DNA of 63,040 nucleotides, filler included, from Octopus bimaculoides (GCF_001194135.2; 6 parts of 6 records of this genome joined end to end with filler, not necessarily neighbours in it); one strand, 5' to 3'. Shown: positions 38,604 through 51,299, counted from the first letter of the whole stretch. Notes: generated by a model from the sequence alone, not told the origin. Translations and numbers: made by a program.

Positions 38604-40516
38604 AACACACACACACACACACACACACACAGATCACATGTGAATAAATATATATTTACATGTTACTGATCAAATTGCTTAACTATTAAACTAAGCTGCA
38701 TCTCCCCTATATATGTACACACACACACACAAATGCATTTATGCATGTATATATAATTTATTATAGTTACTTTAATATGCAGCCACTCTTTCAATGTTTT
38801 ATAGGGAAACACAATTTCCCTAATGTATCCCATTGGGGAGCGATGTCAACCATCAGCCATTAACTTTCTCAGTTCACCATCATTTCCTTACAATCTATTC
38901 AAATTCCCAGTTTATCCAATTTACAAAACACATAACTAAATTTCTTATTGATTAAATCAACGTAAATGGTGTCCTTATTTCATATAGAAGTAGTAGTGGG
39001 CTGAGGTGGTTTGACACAAGGAGGGGGGGTAATTTAGTTTGGTCTTTGTGTGTATGAGTGTAAGTATGAGTCTTTGTACGTATGTAGAGATCTGTATTTG
39101 CAAATGTTTTTGTACATGCATGTATGTATGCATGTATATAAATGTGTGTGTGTGTGTGTATGTGTGTGTGTGTGTCTGCATGCACTAGCCTCTTTTAAGT
39201 TCTTCCCATATAATTTTCATGGGTTTCTAGTTCAAATTATATTTTTATATTTTAACAAAACAATTGTAACTTTTGGGATTTTGTACATAAAGAAACATGT
39301 ATATTTAGAAATGTATGTGTATGTATGTACATTTATACATATACCTACAGACTCATTATATATATNNNNNNNNNNNNNNNNNNNNNNNNNNNNNNNNNNN
39401 NNNNNNNNNNNNNNNNNNNNNNNNNNNNNNNNNTATATATATATATATATATGATGATTTATGTGTGCGTGTAATATGTATGTTATACATAAATTTATAT
39501 ATATGTATATATATATGTATATGTACATATGTATACATACGTACGCACACACACACATATAGATAGATAGATAGATAGTGAGAGAGAAACATACATACTT
39601 AAATATAGCTTCAGGTATAATGTACATGCACATGTACACACACACATGCATGTACACAGAAAAACACTTACACAAAATTTTAAAAATACAATTTTATTTT
39701 AACCAACACCAATATCAATATCAATCACATTAAGGAATTCATTATTATTCATTGATAATTCCTTCTATATTAAGAAAGGTGAAAATCTTTGTGCTGTTTC
39801 TGTTAATAGCTACAACAGAGTAGATATTTCAGACTTGATATTACAGTTTAGGCATACTACAAAATAGAGCAATATACACTTGCAGTGAACTTTATAGAGA
39901 AGAAGAACTTGCTGTATTCTTTAACACAAATGGACTTAACTTGGGCAAATTTTAGAAAGACACTAATAGGCAGTTTTAAAGAATTTCATTTTGAAACTTG
40001 AGGGTAGTAAAATCCTTGGATGCAACACTAAGCAAAAACACAGGCAAATTATTCTCCTAATACAAAACTCAGTGAAGAACAATGTATGTAAGTAGTAACT
40101 GCAACCCACCTATCCATGATCATACAAAGTAATAGTCTTTATCTAATGTTTGAACAAAGAAATATTTTATAAATTTACTTCATACTACAACAGAATTCTA
40201 CCTAACAATCATTTTTAATGATAGCGAAAGAAACAGAACTGCTCACATCAAACAACACATGAGTAAAAATGTAAATATTAGCTTGCATAAACTCCTGACA
40301 TAATTTAAATGTATCCATGTCAATGCCAGAACATATATAATATCAAATTCAACTTTACGATGAAAGTAAACAAAGTTTGTTCTTTTTTAAAAAATTTTTT
40401 TGGAAGTGTTGAGATATATTGTAAGAACAGAAATAAATTTATTTCTCAAACGCGTGATAATGCTATAAATAGCGTTATCAGGATAAATTATCCATTTATT
40501 GCAGAAAAATAGCTAC

Positions 40517-40590
40517 TGGCCAGCCATGAAACTCGAACTCACAGCTTTGTGATTACGCGTCAAGTGTTTTACCATTAAACTAAACTGCCC
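40517..40590 (-). pseudogene. tRNA-like sequence (pseudogene or isolated SINE head; anticodon position reads CGT)
   Basis: GGGCAGTTTAGTTTAATGGTAAAACACTTGACGCGTAATCACAAAGCTGTGAGTTCGAGTTTCATGGCTGGCCA: A and B boxes, pairable acceptor and T arms, broken anticodon stem. Confidence 0.55.
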
Positions 40591-41379
40591 AGCAACGAAT
40601 TCTTGCTGGGAAGTTTAGTTTTTGCATATAATATTCCTGTTAGCTTGTATTATAATGGACATAGGGTTGGTTATGGAATGTTTATAATTTTGATATTCTT
40701 AAGAATATTTTTCTATCTTAATATAATAAGTATTTTACATACATTCATTTGTTATTTATTGTTGGTTGATATGTACATTCTTTTATTATTATTATTGCTG
40801 TATTTTGACCTGAAGATTAGCTATATTTTTGAATAGAATTGATTTTTGATAGTTTTAATCGATTTAAATTTTCCTTCTGTTTGAAAATTGGTTATGAAGC
40901 ACGTGTAGTCGTTTTATTATCATTATGTTATGGTATATACTTTGTATTATATTATACTTATTTATTTTTCTATATGTGACAGTGGATTTTCATCGATGAG
41001 TTCATGAACCCTGATTCTTTTCCCTANNNNNNNNNNNNNNNNNNNNNNNNNNNNNNNNNNNNNNNNNNNNNNNNNNNNNNNNNNNNNNNNNNNNNNNNNN
41101 NNNNNNNNNNNNNNNNNNNNNNNNNNNNNNNNNNNNNNNNNNNNNNNNNNNNNNNNNNNNNNNNNNNNNNNNNNNNNNNNNNNNNNNNNNNNNNNNNNNN
41201 NNNNNNNNNNNNNNNNNNNNNNNNNNNNNNNNNNNNNNNNNNNNNNNNNNNNNNNNNNNNNNNNNNNNNNNNNNNNNNNNNNNNNNNNNNNNNNNTATGA
41301 ATATGAATCTTTTTAGTGTAGTGATGCTGAATTGCTTCAAGTCCCGTTGTTAGATTGACACTTTATGGTGTCCACGGCT

Positions 41380-41419
<40 letters not shown>

Positions 41420-41443
41420 TAAAATTAAATTAAACAACAGGAT

Positions 41444-41820
41444 ATCAAGAAGTCAGACAGTTCGATCGTTTCTAGCTGCTCCATTTAATTGCACAATGTA
41501 ATTATTACATCAGTTTAAATGCAGATCTATACTCAGCTGCATAAATAAATAGAAATTTTTAATCAGTTGGGCACATTAATATAATTTTATTCAAATGCTC
41601 TAATAGAACAAGAAGAGGGAAAAGTATATTCTGAGTTATATTAGTAGCAACATGGACTTCTTCCCTCTTCTTGCTCTATTAGAGAATTTGAGTAAAATTA
41701 TATTAATGTGTCCAACTGATTAAAAAATTCTATTTATTTATGCATTTAAATTGATGTAATGATTGCATTGTTCAATTAAATTGAGTCACTTGAAACGGTC
41801 GTACTGCATCACTTCTTGAT
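41444..41820. repeat. Long fold-back repeat
   Basis: Inner arms 41538-41621 and 41661-41744 differ at 5 of 84 positions; outer arms about 80% identical. Confidence 0.9.
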
Positions 41821-42039
41821 TATTTTGATTTTATTCACCTTACTTTGAGTTATACGGATAATACCACACTGACTTGGTGCTTCAACTTAAGTACCTAATT
41901 CAACTGACTCTCAATTATATGCATATATATATATAAATATATATACACACATATATATAAATATATATATATATACATATATATATATAAATATATATAT
42001 ACATATATATATATAAATATATATATACATATATATATA

Positions 42040-42075
<36 letters not shown>

Positions 42076-42099
42076 CAAATATATATATACATATATATA

Positions 42100-42378
42100 T
42101 ATTTTATTTATTTATAGTTTCAGCTTAGAGCTGCGGCCATGCTGATGCACCACCGTGTTGCTACACTGTTATTACAGGGAGCCTCTTACAATATGTGGCA
42201 CTGGGTGAAGAATGGAGTTTGATTTAGCAACCCTCATTTGCACCTGCTGCCGCGAGGTAGGTTCATCTGGGACTCTCGACAGGAAGAGGTCCAGCTTTGA
42301 TTTAAAAACCCCAACATCTACTTTGTGCAGGTTCCTCAGGCTCTTTGGGAGAATATTAAAAAGCTGTGGGCCCCTGAA
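42100..42378 (-). mobile_element. CR1/L2-like LINE 3' end with (TAAA)n tail
   Basis: FRGPQLFNILPKSLRNLHKVDVGVFKSKLDLFLSRVPDEP; 3' UTR ends GGTGCATCAGCATGGCCGCAGCTCTAAGCTGAAAC. Confidence 0.85.
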
Positions 42379-42916
42379 NNNNNNNNNNNNNNNNNNNNNN
42401 NNNNNNNNNNNNNNNNNNNNNNTTAATTAATTAANNNNNNNNNNNNNNNNNNNNNNNNNNNNNNNNNNNNNNNNNNNNAGGTGATACAAGAAAAGGACAA
42501 CAAAACATCTAAATAGACGATACAAAAAAAACAAGGACAGGTCATTCTGAGTTTTTTCATCAGTCGAGTTCCAGATTATCTTTGCAATTTCAGTCGGTTA
42601 TACTCAAGATTGCTCCAATCTGGCCAACCCCAAGGAAAGACTAAGCTAAGAGCATTACATTCCTCGGAAGAAAGCAGTGAATGTATACGAAAACAAGGAT
42701 AGAAAAAAAGGAGAATGTTACACAAATACAAATAACAGAACATAACAACAGGTGTCTTTTGACTAAGGATGAATTAAATTAAGCTGGTGTGTGTAGAAAT
42801 AAAGCCTACGGCAGGGATGCAAGATTTCACAGGCACAGGGAGGAACATAGATGTTGCACGGACGACGGCCGAACCAAGAAAGAAAGATCAGTAATGTCAT
42901 ACTTTCCTTTTGTTGT

Positions 42917-42950
<34 letters not shown>

Positions 42951-43253
42951 TATATGAATAATAACAATAAATGGAGCAAAACGCATATAAATAAAAGTTC
43001 CTTTAGGAACTTTTATTTATATGCCTTTTACTCCATTTATTATTATTCATATCTACTCAAAATGCATCGCTTTAACTTGGTATCTCTACCTATAAAACGG
43101 GTGTGATATCCTGTTTTTTTTTTGTGTGATTTTTGCTACCCATGGTAACTATTAAGATATTTACATTGTCAAGGTTTTTTTTTTAAACTGAGATAATATT
43201 AATATATACATAAACTAATATATGCATGTATACATATGTGTGTGTGTGTGTGT

Positions 43254-43492
43254 GTATTATTCAAAACACTTTGATTTGGATTCCATGCTACTTCAAGTTT
43301 CAAAGGCCCTAATGGAGCCTTTCTTGTCATGCTGGTAATAATCTAAATGACTTGATTATTACCAGCCAGATTATTGCCATTCAGATTATTAACAGCCATT
43401 TGGATTATTACCAGCATGACAAGAAAGGCTCCGTTAGGGCCTTTGAAACTTGAAGTAGCACGGAATCTGAATGAAACTGTTTTGAATAATAC
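43254..43492. repeat. Fold-back with 98-bp arms and a subrepeat-containing loop
   Basis: 43254-43351 versus reverse complement of 43395-43492, about 90% identical; loop contains GATTATT repeats. Confidence 0.9.
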
Positions 43493-44053
43493 TTGTAACT
43501 CCCAGTAAATGTATTGAGTGCCTTTCTTTCGTTTGTCCACCTACTCAGATATATATACTTGGAAATGGATGCATGGCATTCAATCATATGATAATATAAA
43601 TTAAAAAAAAAAAAAAAAAAAAAATATATATATGCATATATACATACATATATGTACATATTTACATATATACGTATATATATATATGCATATATGGGTA
43701 CAGGACATCACAAAACATAAAAAACATTAAATACAAAAATGACATGGATTATGAAATACAAAAACATGAAACCTGGGTATGTGAACAACGAGGGAAACAA
43801 ATGGAAAACAAGACAAGTAACATAAAGAACGACCCTTCATCAGTTGTTGGCTGTTTATCTACTCCACATTTCGAGCAATTCATGACAATATGTGTCTTCG
43901 AGAAACAGTTGCTCACACAGATCAAAATAAAATTTGGGATTTGCAGAGGATCAAAGTTGGTAACAAAAACAGGACATACAACAAACCAAATGAAATGAAA
44001 ACAAACAGGGAGGGCCATTTGGCCAGACGAGGTAAGGTAGTGAACACCATATA

Positions 44054-44111
<58 letters not shown>

Positions 44112-44114
<3 letters not shown>

Positions 44115-44520
44115 CTGACAAGTTCGATGCAGGAAAGGCAAGTCCGTGAGCAGTGTCCACAGATGAAGGTAACATTCAGTGTAGTGTCAGAGGTGGCTCG
44201 GGCCTTCCTCCTGAGTCTCTTGTCTTTATGCGCATCTCTTCTGTGTTCTTCAAACTCATCGACCACATTGAAGATCGTGTGACGCCAGGCATCACGGTCC
44301 CCACCCAGGTCTGTTCAACATTGGTGGTCAACATGACATGCAGTAGGAGACTTTTTGAGGCAGTCTTTGTAGCGTTTCCTCAGGGCACCTCTCTCACTGT
44401 GGCTGGTGGAGAGTTCGCAATACAAGGCAATCTTGGGAAGGCGATGGTTCTCCATTCTGGAGACATGCCCTGCCCATCAGAGGTGGTACTTCAGTAGCAT
44501 GGCTTCAATGCTGGAGATCT
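44112..44520 (-). mobile_element. RTE LINE 3' fragment with a single terminal C2H2-like finger
   Basis: HLPRLPCIANSP...KRYKDCLK...DRDAWRHTI...FICGHCSRTCLSCIELVSH, ending in (AT)n. Confidence 0.88.
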
Positions 44521-44759
44521 CTATGTGTATGCATATATATTCATACACATATGCACACACACACACAGATAGGTAGATTGATGGACAAATGTTGTGGTGA
44601 TGAGATGATGAGGAGGAAGTTAATACAGTGTACTCTCTGACATTCTTGGGTCACAGTTTGTATGTTGTACAAAAATATGAAAAACTTATAAAGAGAGAAC
44701 ACCTACTGTTTTTGACTCTTTCCCTACTTATAAGTCTTCATATATATATATATATATAT

Positions 44760-45143
44760 ATTTGTTTCAGTCATTTGACTGCAGCTATGCTGGAGCACCA
44801 CTTTTAGTCAAGCAAATCAACCCCAGTACTTTTTCTTTCTAAGCCTAGTACTTATTCTATCAGTCTCATTTACCAAGCCATTAAGTTACAGGGATGTGAA
44901 CACACCAGCATTGGTTGTCAAGTGATGTTGGGGAGACAAACACAGACACACAAACATATACGCTCACGTACACACACATATATACAGATACAATGGGCTT
45001 CTTTCAGTTTCCATCTACCAAATCCATTCACAAGGCTTGGTTGGCCCAAGGCTATAGTAGAAGACACTTGCCCAGGGTGCCACGCAGTGGACTGAACCTG
45101 GAACCATATGGTTGGTAATGAAGCAACTTACCACACAGCTACT
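44760..45143 (-). mobile_element. SINE family A, full length, CpG-decayed
   Basis: Complete head and tail; CpG positions read TG/CA. Confidence 0.88.
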
Positions 45144-45193
45144 CCAGCACTATCACATATGTATATATACCTGTGTATAGATGCATGTGTGCG

Positions 45194-45245
<52 letters not shown>

Positions 45246-46179
45246 TATATATACATATGTATATATATATATACATACATATATGTATGTATGTATGTAT
45301 GTGTGTGTGTATGTATGTATATAGATGCATGCGTGTATGCATATCTATATAGTTGTGTATATGTATGTATATCTACATAGGTGTGTATTTGTATGTATGT
45401 CTATATAGGTGAATATATGTATGTATGTGTGTGTATATATATGTATGTGTGTGTATATATATATATATATATATGCATACCTATCTTTCCCTATATATCT
45501 ATGTATATATTGATATTATACGTGTATATATATGTGTGTATGTGTATATATCACTTTTACTGATCTGCTATTTTCATGAAACCGCTTCCTGGTCATCCAA
45601 ACCCTAAATCCAACCCAGACTCTACCCATAGCTGAACCCGTAACCCATAACCCTAACCCAAACCCCCACACTCCACACAAACTCAAAGAAATAGATTGGC
45701 CAGCTTCTTTCAGTCGGAACTAAATCACTGGAAACCACCCACTTTACATTGATGCTTTTTATCAAGGAACGATGCCAAACTTATTGCAGCATGCAGGAGA
45801 TGCGGAGAATGGTAGAAGACAGGGGCGGTGAAGATCGACACCCTTTGCCAATTTGGCTAAAGGGAATTCGAAGAGTAATTGTGTGTATATCGTTAAACAG
45901 CCTTTATTTGTTTGTTTATTCTGTCTTTTATTAAGTAAGTTTATAAATCTCCTGCTTTATCTATCTCTCTCTCTCTGTCTATCTATCTCTCTCTCTCTGT
46001 CTATCTGTCTCTCTCTTTCTGTCTATCTGTCTCTGTCTCTGTTGCCCTTTTGCTTCTCTATCTCTTTTTGTCAATCTATCTGCCTGTCTATATGTGCAAC
46101 TATATATGTGCTTAAGTATCTGTGTAAGACTATATATTGCCTTCGTGTGTGTGTATGTGCGCCCACACACTTGTTTATA

Positions 46180-46234
<55 letters not shown>

Positions 46235-47279
46235 AAAGAGAGATATGTATGTGTGTGTTTGGTTGGTAACCTACCTTCTATTATCAATATCTAACTCATT
46301 CATCCATTAAGGTAAGTATGTATCCTATCTGTCTATTTGCATATTTATGTGTGTACATCTCTGTGTGTATCTGTCTGTGTGTACATCTTTGTGTCCTATC
46401 TGTCTGTCTGTCTATCTGTCTATCTGCCTCTGTGTGTGTATATGTGTGTCTTTCTCTCTATTTATCTATCTATCTATCTATTTTTATATGTCTACCTGTC
46501 TTTCTGTCTATCTATCTACCTATCTGTCTGTTTATCTGGCATTCTATCTGTCTTTTTATCTGTTTGTGTGTGTGTGTTTGTGTGTGAGAACCTGTCTGTC
46601 TATTCACCCCTACTCTATTTTTTTTTTTCACTTTTTCCTTTGTTTTCCTTCCTTGAGCTGGTTGTTTTTGAGATTAACCAGTTTCCATATTACTAATCAG
46701 AACAATGACAGAAACCAGACAATAATCAACAAAACCAACAAGAAGAAAAGCTCCAAAACAACCAATCAGACCCCCCCCCATTAATAGTCAGGTATAAATT
46801 GAGTTGTATATAGGGGAGGTGGTGGTGTTCAGGCCAGTCTTATTGTTAATGTGTCCTCGGTATGACTTTAAACTGCATTCAACAGTGGAACCCTTGTTCA
46901 GGAATTCTAGGGCTTTTGAGGAGTGTGGAAGCACCTCTTAGCCATGATTGTTCCCAGGTCTACTCTGACCTATTGTGATAACCTCTCTCAGGGTTCAAGC
47001 TATGGGTTATTTAACATGTTAAGGCTTGCTTACCTATGTATGTGAAGATTGGATCTAGTATATCTGTCTTGCAAACAACTCACACATGCAAGTGCTACCA
47101 GTCGAGAACTCCGCATACCAGAAGCCAGCAAGTGTATGGGGTCATCAGGAGAGAATGCGCGCCGTTTCGGGGCCTACCTCTCGACGGCATCAATGTGCAC
47201 CGGCCCCCCACTCACTAATATGAGGCCCCGCTTGCTCGATCAACTGGTTATTAAATAAAGCTCAATATTTCTCTAGCCA

Positions 47280-47480
47280 TCGCTCATCGTAACCATATCT
47301 AGTGGCTAGCCTTCTCTACTGTATTTTGGATATCACTCATGGTGGTATTTGCCTTATGATGAGTTAGGCCTAACGATAACAGCAGTCGTTTCACACTGTG
47401 TCCTACAAACCCTCTACATCCAACTTTGATTGGAAAATGCTCCGCTTTCCAGCCTGCGTCTTCATGTTTCTCTACTGAAG
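47280..47480 (-). mobile_element. Hero/R2-group RLE LINE C-terminal fragment
   Basis: AGWKAEHFPIKVGCRGFVGHSVKRLLLSLGL...VEKASH*IWLR matches the Hero PVEVGCRGF...AEKASFWLW motif. Confidence 0.8.
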
Positions 47481-47769
47481 TAATCTTCATGGCTCAACAG
47501 AGTGGAAGGTTGCCGTGCCATACAGAGAACAAGATAAGACAAGTAAGACATCTAACTTGTCATCCATCTCCATCTCTAGTCATCTTGGCCTAGTCTTGAA
47601 CTGAATTGTAGATGGTCACGAATAAGAGAGTAAGGTTGATGGTGTGCAACTATTCATCACTTTAAACAAAGTCACTGCACAAGTTATCAATCATCCTAGG
47701 ATGACTAGATGCTCCTTGTCACTCCAATGGACAAACATTATTAGTATTATTAGGTGTGAAATTACAGTA

Positions 47770-48110
47770 ATGAATTGGTGTAAACATTAGAGCATCAGAC
47801 AAATGCTTTGTAGTATTTGTTCTGCCTCTTTGCGTTCTGAGTTCAAATCTCACCAAGTTTGACTTTGCCTTCTTATCTGTTGTGTTGACGCCTCCAAGCG
47901 AAGAAGTAGGATCGCCCAAGACATATAAATAGAGGTAGTCTAGCCATGGTAGAGGAGTCGAGTGACTGTTGAATAACAGTCGTGTAGCGGTTGAATAGAG
48001 ATCATCCGAAGGTGCTTGATAGCAGTAGCTTGAGACATAACATTATCCTAGGGGCTGATAAAATAAAGTACTAGTTGAATACTGAGGTAGGGAAGGCATT
48101 ATAATTAACA
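47770..48110 (+). mobile_element. SINE family C split by the 165-bp insertion
   Basis: GTTCTGAGTTCAAATC...GACTTTGCCTTCTTATC resumes after 48047 with CTAGGGGCTGATAAAATAAAGTAC. Confidence 0.7.
47878..48042. mobile_element. 165-bp solo-LTR-like insertion with 5-bp TSD
   Basis: TGTTGTGT...ACATAACA termini; TTATC duplicated at 47873-47877 and 48043-48047; internal TATAAATA. Confidence 0.75.
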
Positions 48111-48336
48111 TATTTGCTGGTATGTATGTATGTATGGTAATGAAGAAAGTGTAGGGAAATGAAATGACATCTTCGCATAACAGCCAATATACCATCAGCA
48201 TGTGTTTGTAAGTTTGTGCCAACAGTTCTATGATAACTTGTGTTGTTTTCAATATTTTAATTCTTAGCAACAATTATTGCACTTAGTGGACTTATGCTTA
48301 TTCAGCTCCCAAACCTATGACACTTTGTTGCTCATC

Positions 48337-48723
48337 TGTTGTTGTTGGCACTCCGTCGCTTACGACGTTGAGGGTTTCAGTTGATCCGACCAACGGAACA
48401 GCCTACTCGTGAAATTAACGTGCAAGTGGCTGAGCACTCCACAGACACGTGTACCCTTAACGTAGTTCTCGGGGATATTCAGCGTGACACAGTGTGTGAC
48501 AAGGCTGACCCTTTGAATTGCAGGCACAACAGAAACAGTAAGTAAGAGTGAGAGAAAGTTGTGGTGGAAGAGTACAGCAGGGTTCGCCACCATCCCCTGC
48601 TGGAGCCCGTGGAGCTTTAGGTGTTATCGCTCAATAAACACTCACAACGCCCGGTTTGGGAATTGAAACCGCGATCCTATGACCGTGAGTCCACTGCCCT
48701 AACCACTGGGCCATTGTGCCTCC
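48337..48723 (-). mobile_element. SINE family B, young full-length copy
   Basis: A box ATGGCCCAGTGG, B-box-like GGTTTCAATTCCC, (AAC)n tail; flanking TGCTCATCTGT duplicated at 48329-48339 and 48726-48736. Confidence 0.9.
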
Positions 48724-48885
48724 ACTGCTCATCTGTAATACCATCGCATTTGACACACGGCAGTTTTTTTAATACATTTAAAGGTATAAAAATTGCATCT
48801 GATACACCAGCAAACACATTAACTGTTTTCCTCTCATGCCTTGTACTTATGTGAACAACTATTTGCAGTGGAACAGTAGACTATC

Positions 48886-50010
48886 ATTTGTCTTTTACAT
48901 GCTTCAGTCATTTGACTGTGGCCACGCTGGAGCACTCTCTAGAAGGGTTAGGTGGAGCAAGTCAATCCTGGAACTTATCTTTAAAGCCTGGTACTTGTCC
49001 TCTCAGCCTCTTTTTTGCCAAAACACTACGTTACAGGGATGTAAACAAACCAACACCAGTTGACAAATGGTGATAGAGGCAACAAACACACACACACACA
49101 CATTCTTTTTATTCTTTTTTATTTGTTTCAGTCGTTTGACTGTGGCCATGCTGGAGCATCGCCTTAGAGGGTTTTTAGTTGAAGAAATAAACCTCAGGAC
49201 TCATTCTTCATTTACCTAGTACTTATTCTATTGGTCACTTTTGCTGAACCACAAAGTTATGGGGACATAAACACACCAACATCGGTTGTCAAGTGATGGC
49301 AGGGGACAAACATAGACACATAAATATATACATATGAATATATGTGTGACAGCCTTCTTTCAGTTTCCATCTACCAAATCCATTCACAAGGCTTTGGTTG
49401 GCTCAAGGCTATAGTAGAAGACACTTGCCATGGTGCCATGCAGCAGGACTGAACTCACAACCATGTGGTTGGGAAGCAAGCTTCTTACCATACAGCCATG
49501 CCTGTATACGGCAGGCTTCTTTCAGTTTTCAGATGCCAAATCCACTCACAACACTTTAGTCAGCCTGAGGCCATAATAGAAAACACTTGCTCCAGGTACC
49601 ACACAATGGGACTGAACCCAGAACTATGTGGTTGGACAGCAAACTTTGAGGAAAAAATGCCTTGCTGTAGTTTTTTTTTTTTTACTTGTTTCAGTCATTT
49701 GACTGTGGCCACGCTGGAGGACCGCCTTTAGTTGAAGAAATCGACCCCAGGACTTATTCTTTGTAAGCCTAGTACTTATTCTATCTGTCTCTTTTGCCGA
49801 ACCGCTCAGTTACGGGGACGTAAACACACCAGCATCGGTTGTCAAACACACACACACACATATATACGTCTACCAAATCCACTCACAAGACTTTGGTCAG
49901 CCCGAGAGGCTATAGTAGAAGACACTTGCCCAAGGTGCCATGCAGTGGGACTGCACCCAGAACGATGCGGTTGGTAAGCAAGCTACTTACCACACAGCCA
50001 CTCCTGCGCC
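48886..50010 (-). mobile_element. Tandem cluster of four SINE A pieces (48886-49100, 49104-49505, 49510-49645, 49675-50010)
   Basis: Repeated tails TTTCAGTCATTTGACTGTGGCC and heads CTTACCACACAGCC, all on the minus strand. Confidence 0.88.
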
Positions 50011-51299
50011 TGTTTGTTAAACATTTCTTTATTTTTCTGAGTTGAAANNNNNNNNNNNNNNNNNNNNNNNNNNNNNNNNNNNNNNNNNNNNNNNNNNNNN
50101 NNNNNNNNNNNNNNNNNNNNNNNNNNNNNNNNNNNNNNNNNNNNNNNNNNNNNNNNNNNNNNNNNNNNNNNNNNNNNNNNNNNNNNNNNNNNNNNNNNNN
50201 NNNNNNNNNNNNNNNNNNNNNNNNNNNNNNNNNNNNNNNNNNNNNNNNNNNNNNNNNNNNNNNNNNNNNNNNNNNNNNNNNNNNNNNNNNNNNNNNNNNN
50301 NNNNNNNNNNNNNNNNNNNNNNNNNNNNNNNNNNNNNNNNNNNNNNNNNNNNNNNNNNNNNNNNNNNNNNNNNNNNNNNNNNNNNNNNNNNNNNNNNNNN
50401 NNNNNNNNNNNNNNNNNNNNNNNNNNNNNNNNNNNNNNNNNNNNNNNNNNNNNNNNNNNNNNNNNNNNNNNNNNNNNNNNNNNNNNNNNNNNNNNNNNNN
50501 NNNNNNNNNNNNNNNNNNNNNNNNNNNNNNNNNNNNNNNNNNNNNNNNNNNNNNNNNNNNNNNNNNNNNNNNNNNNNNNNNNNNNNNNNNNNNNNNNNNN
50601 NNNNNNNNNNNNNNNNNNNNNNNNNNNNNNNNNNNNNNNNNNNNNNNNNNNNNNNNNNNNNNNNNNNNNNNNNNNNNNNNNNNNNNNNNNNNNNNNNNNN
50701 NNNNNNNNNNNNNNNNNNNNNNNGTGGTTGTGGTGCTAATGGTGTTTGTCTATGGTAGTGATGGTGATGGCGGTGGTAGTCATAGCAGTGGTGGTGATGG
50801 CAGTGATGATGATGATGGTGGTGGTGGTGGTGGTGGTGGTGGTGATGATGATGATGGTGGTGGTGGTGGAAATGTTGGTGGCTTCAATATGAAAGAATGC
50901 TATGAAGTCAGAAGGATAAAGGGAAAACCGAAAAAGAAAGAGAAAAAGAAAGAGAAAAAGAAGATAGAAGAAAAAGGATGGAGAGATGGGGTGGAATGAG
51001 GAGGAAATTTAGTTTATGTCCACTCAACTGTGAAATACAAATTTGGTCAAGTGGTCTGGAGCAGAATGGACCGGAGCAGGGTGTAGTGGGGTGGAGCAGA
51101 GAGGACTGGAATGATGTAAGAGATGCAATGAAGAGGAGGAAAGTTTGGAAAGAAGTCTAGCTGCTGTCGATGTTGTTTAGCCCCTGGTCAGTCCCTGATT
51201 GAGCACAAGTAGACCTACGATGAAAGGCGTTCCAGCTATGACCATACTGTATTTTTTCCCCTATGCTTTAAAGAAGCTAGGACCATGTAATTCAACATA

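Noticed and set aside
43825-43880. CTGATGAAGGG with upstream GAAATGT (minus)
   Set aside because: No stem I complementarity. The CTGATGA hits at 15283 and 42557 likewise lack a downstream GAAA.
45598-45670. Interstitial telomeric repeat
   Set aside because: Only two exact CCCTAA units in a degenerate C/A-rich stretch.
47130-47185. GAAAC...CTGATGA on the minus strand in the Hero 3' UTR as a type II hammerhead
   Set aside because: Bases flanking the two cores (CCCC and CCCC) cannot form stem II, and no stem I is evident.
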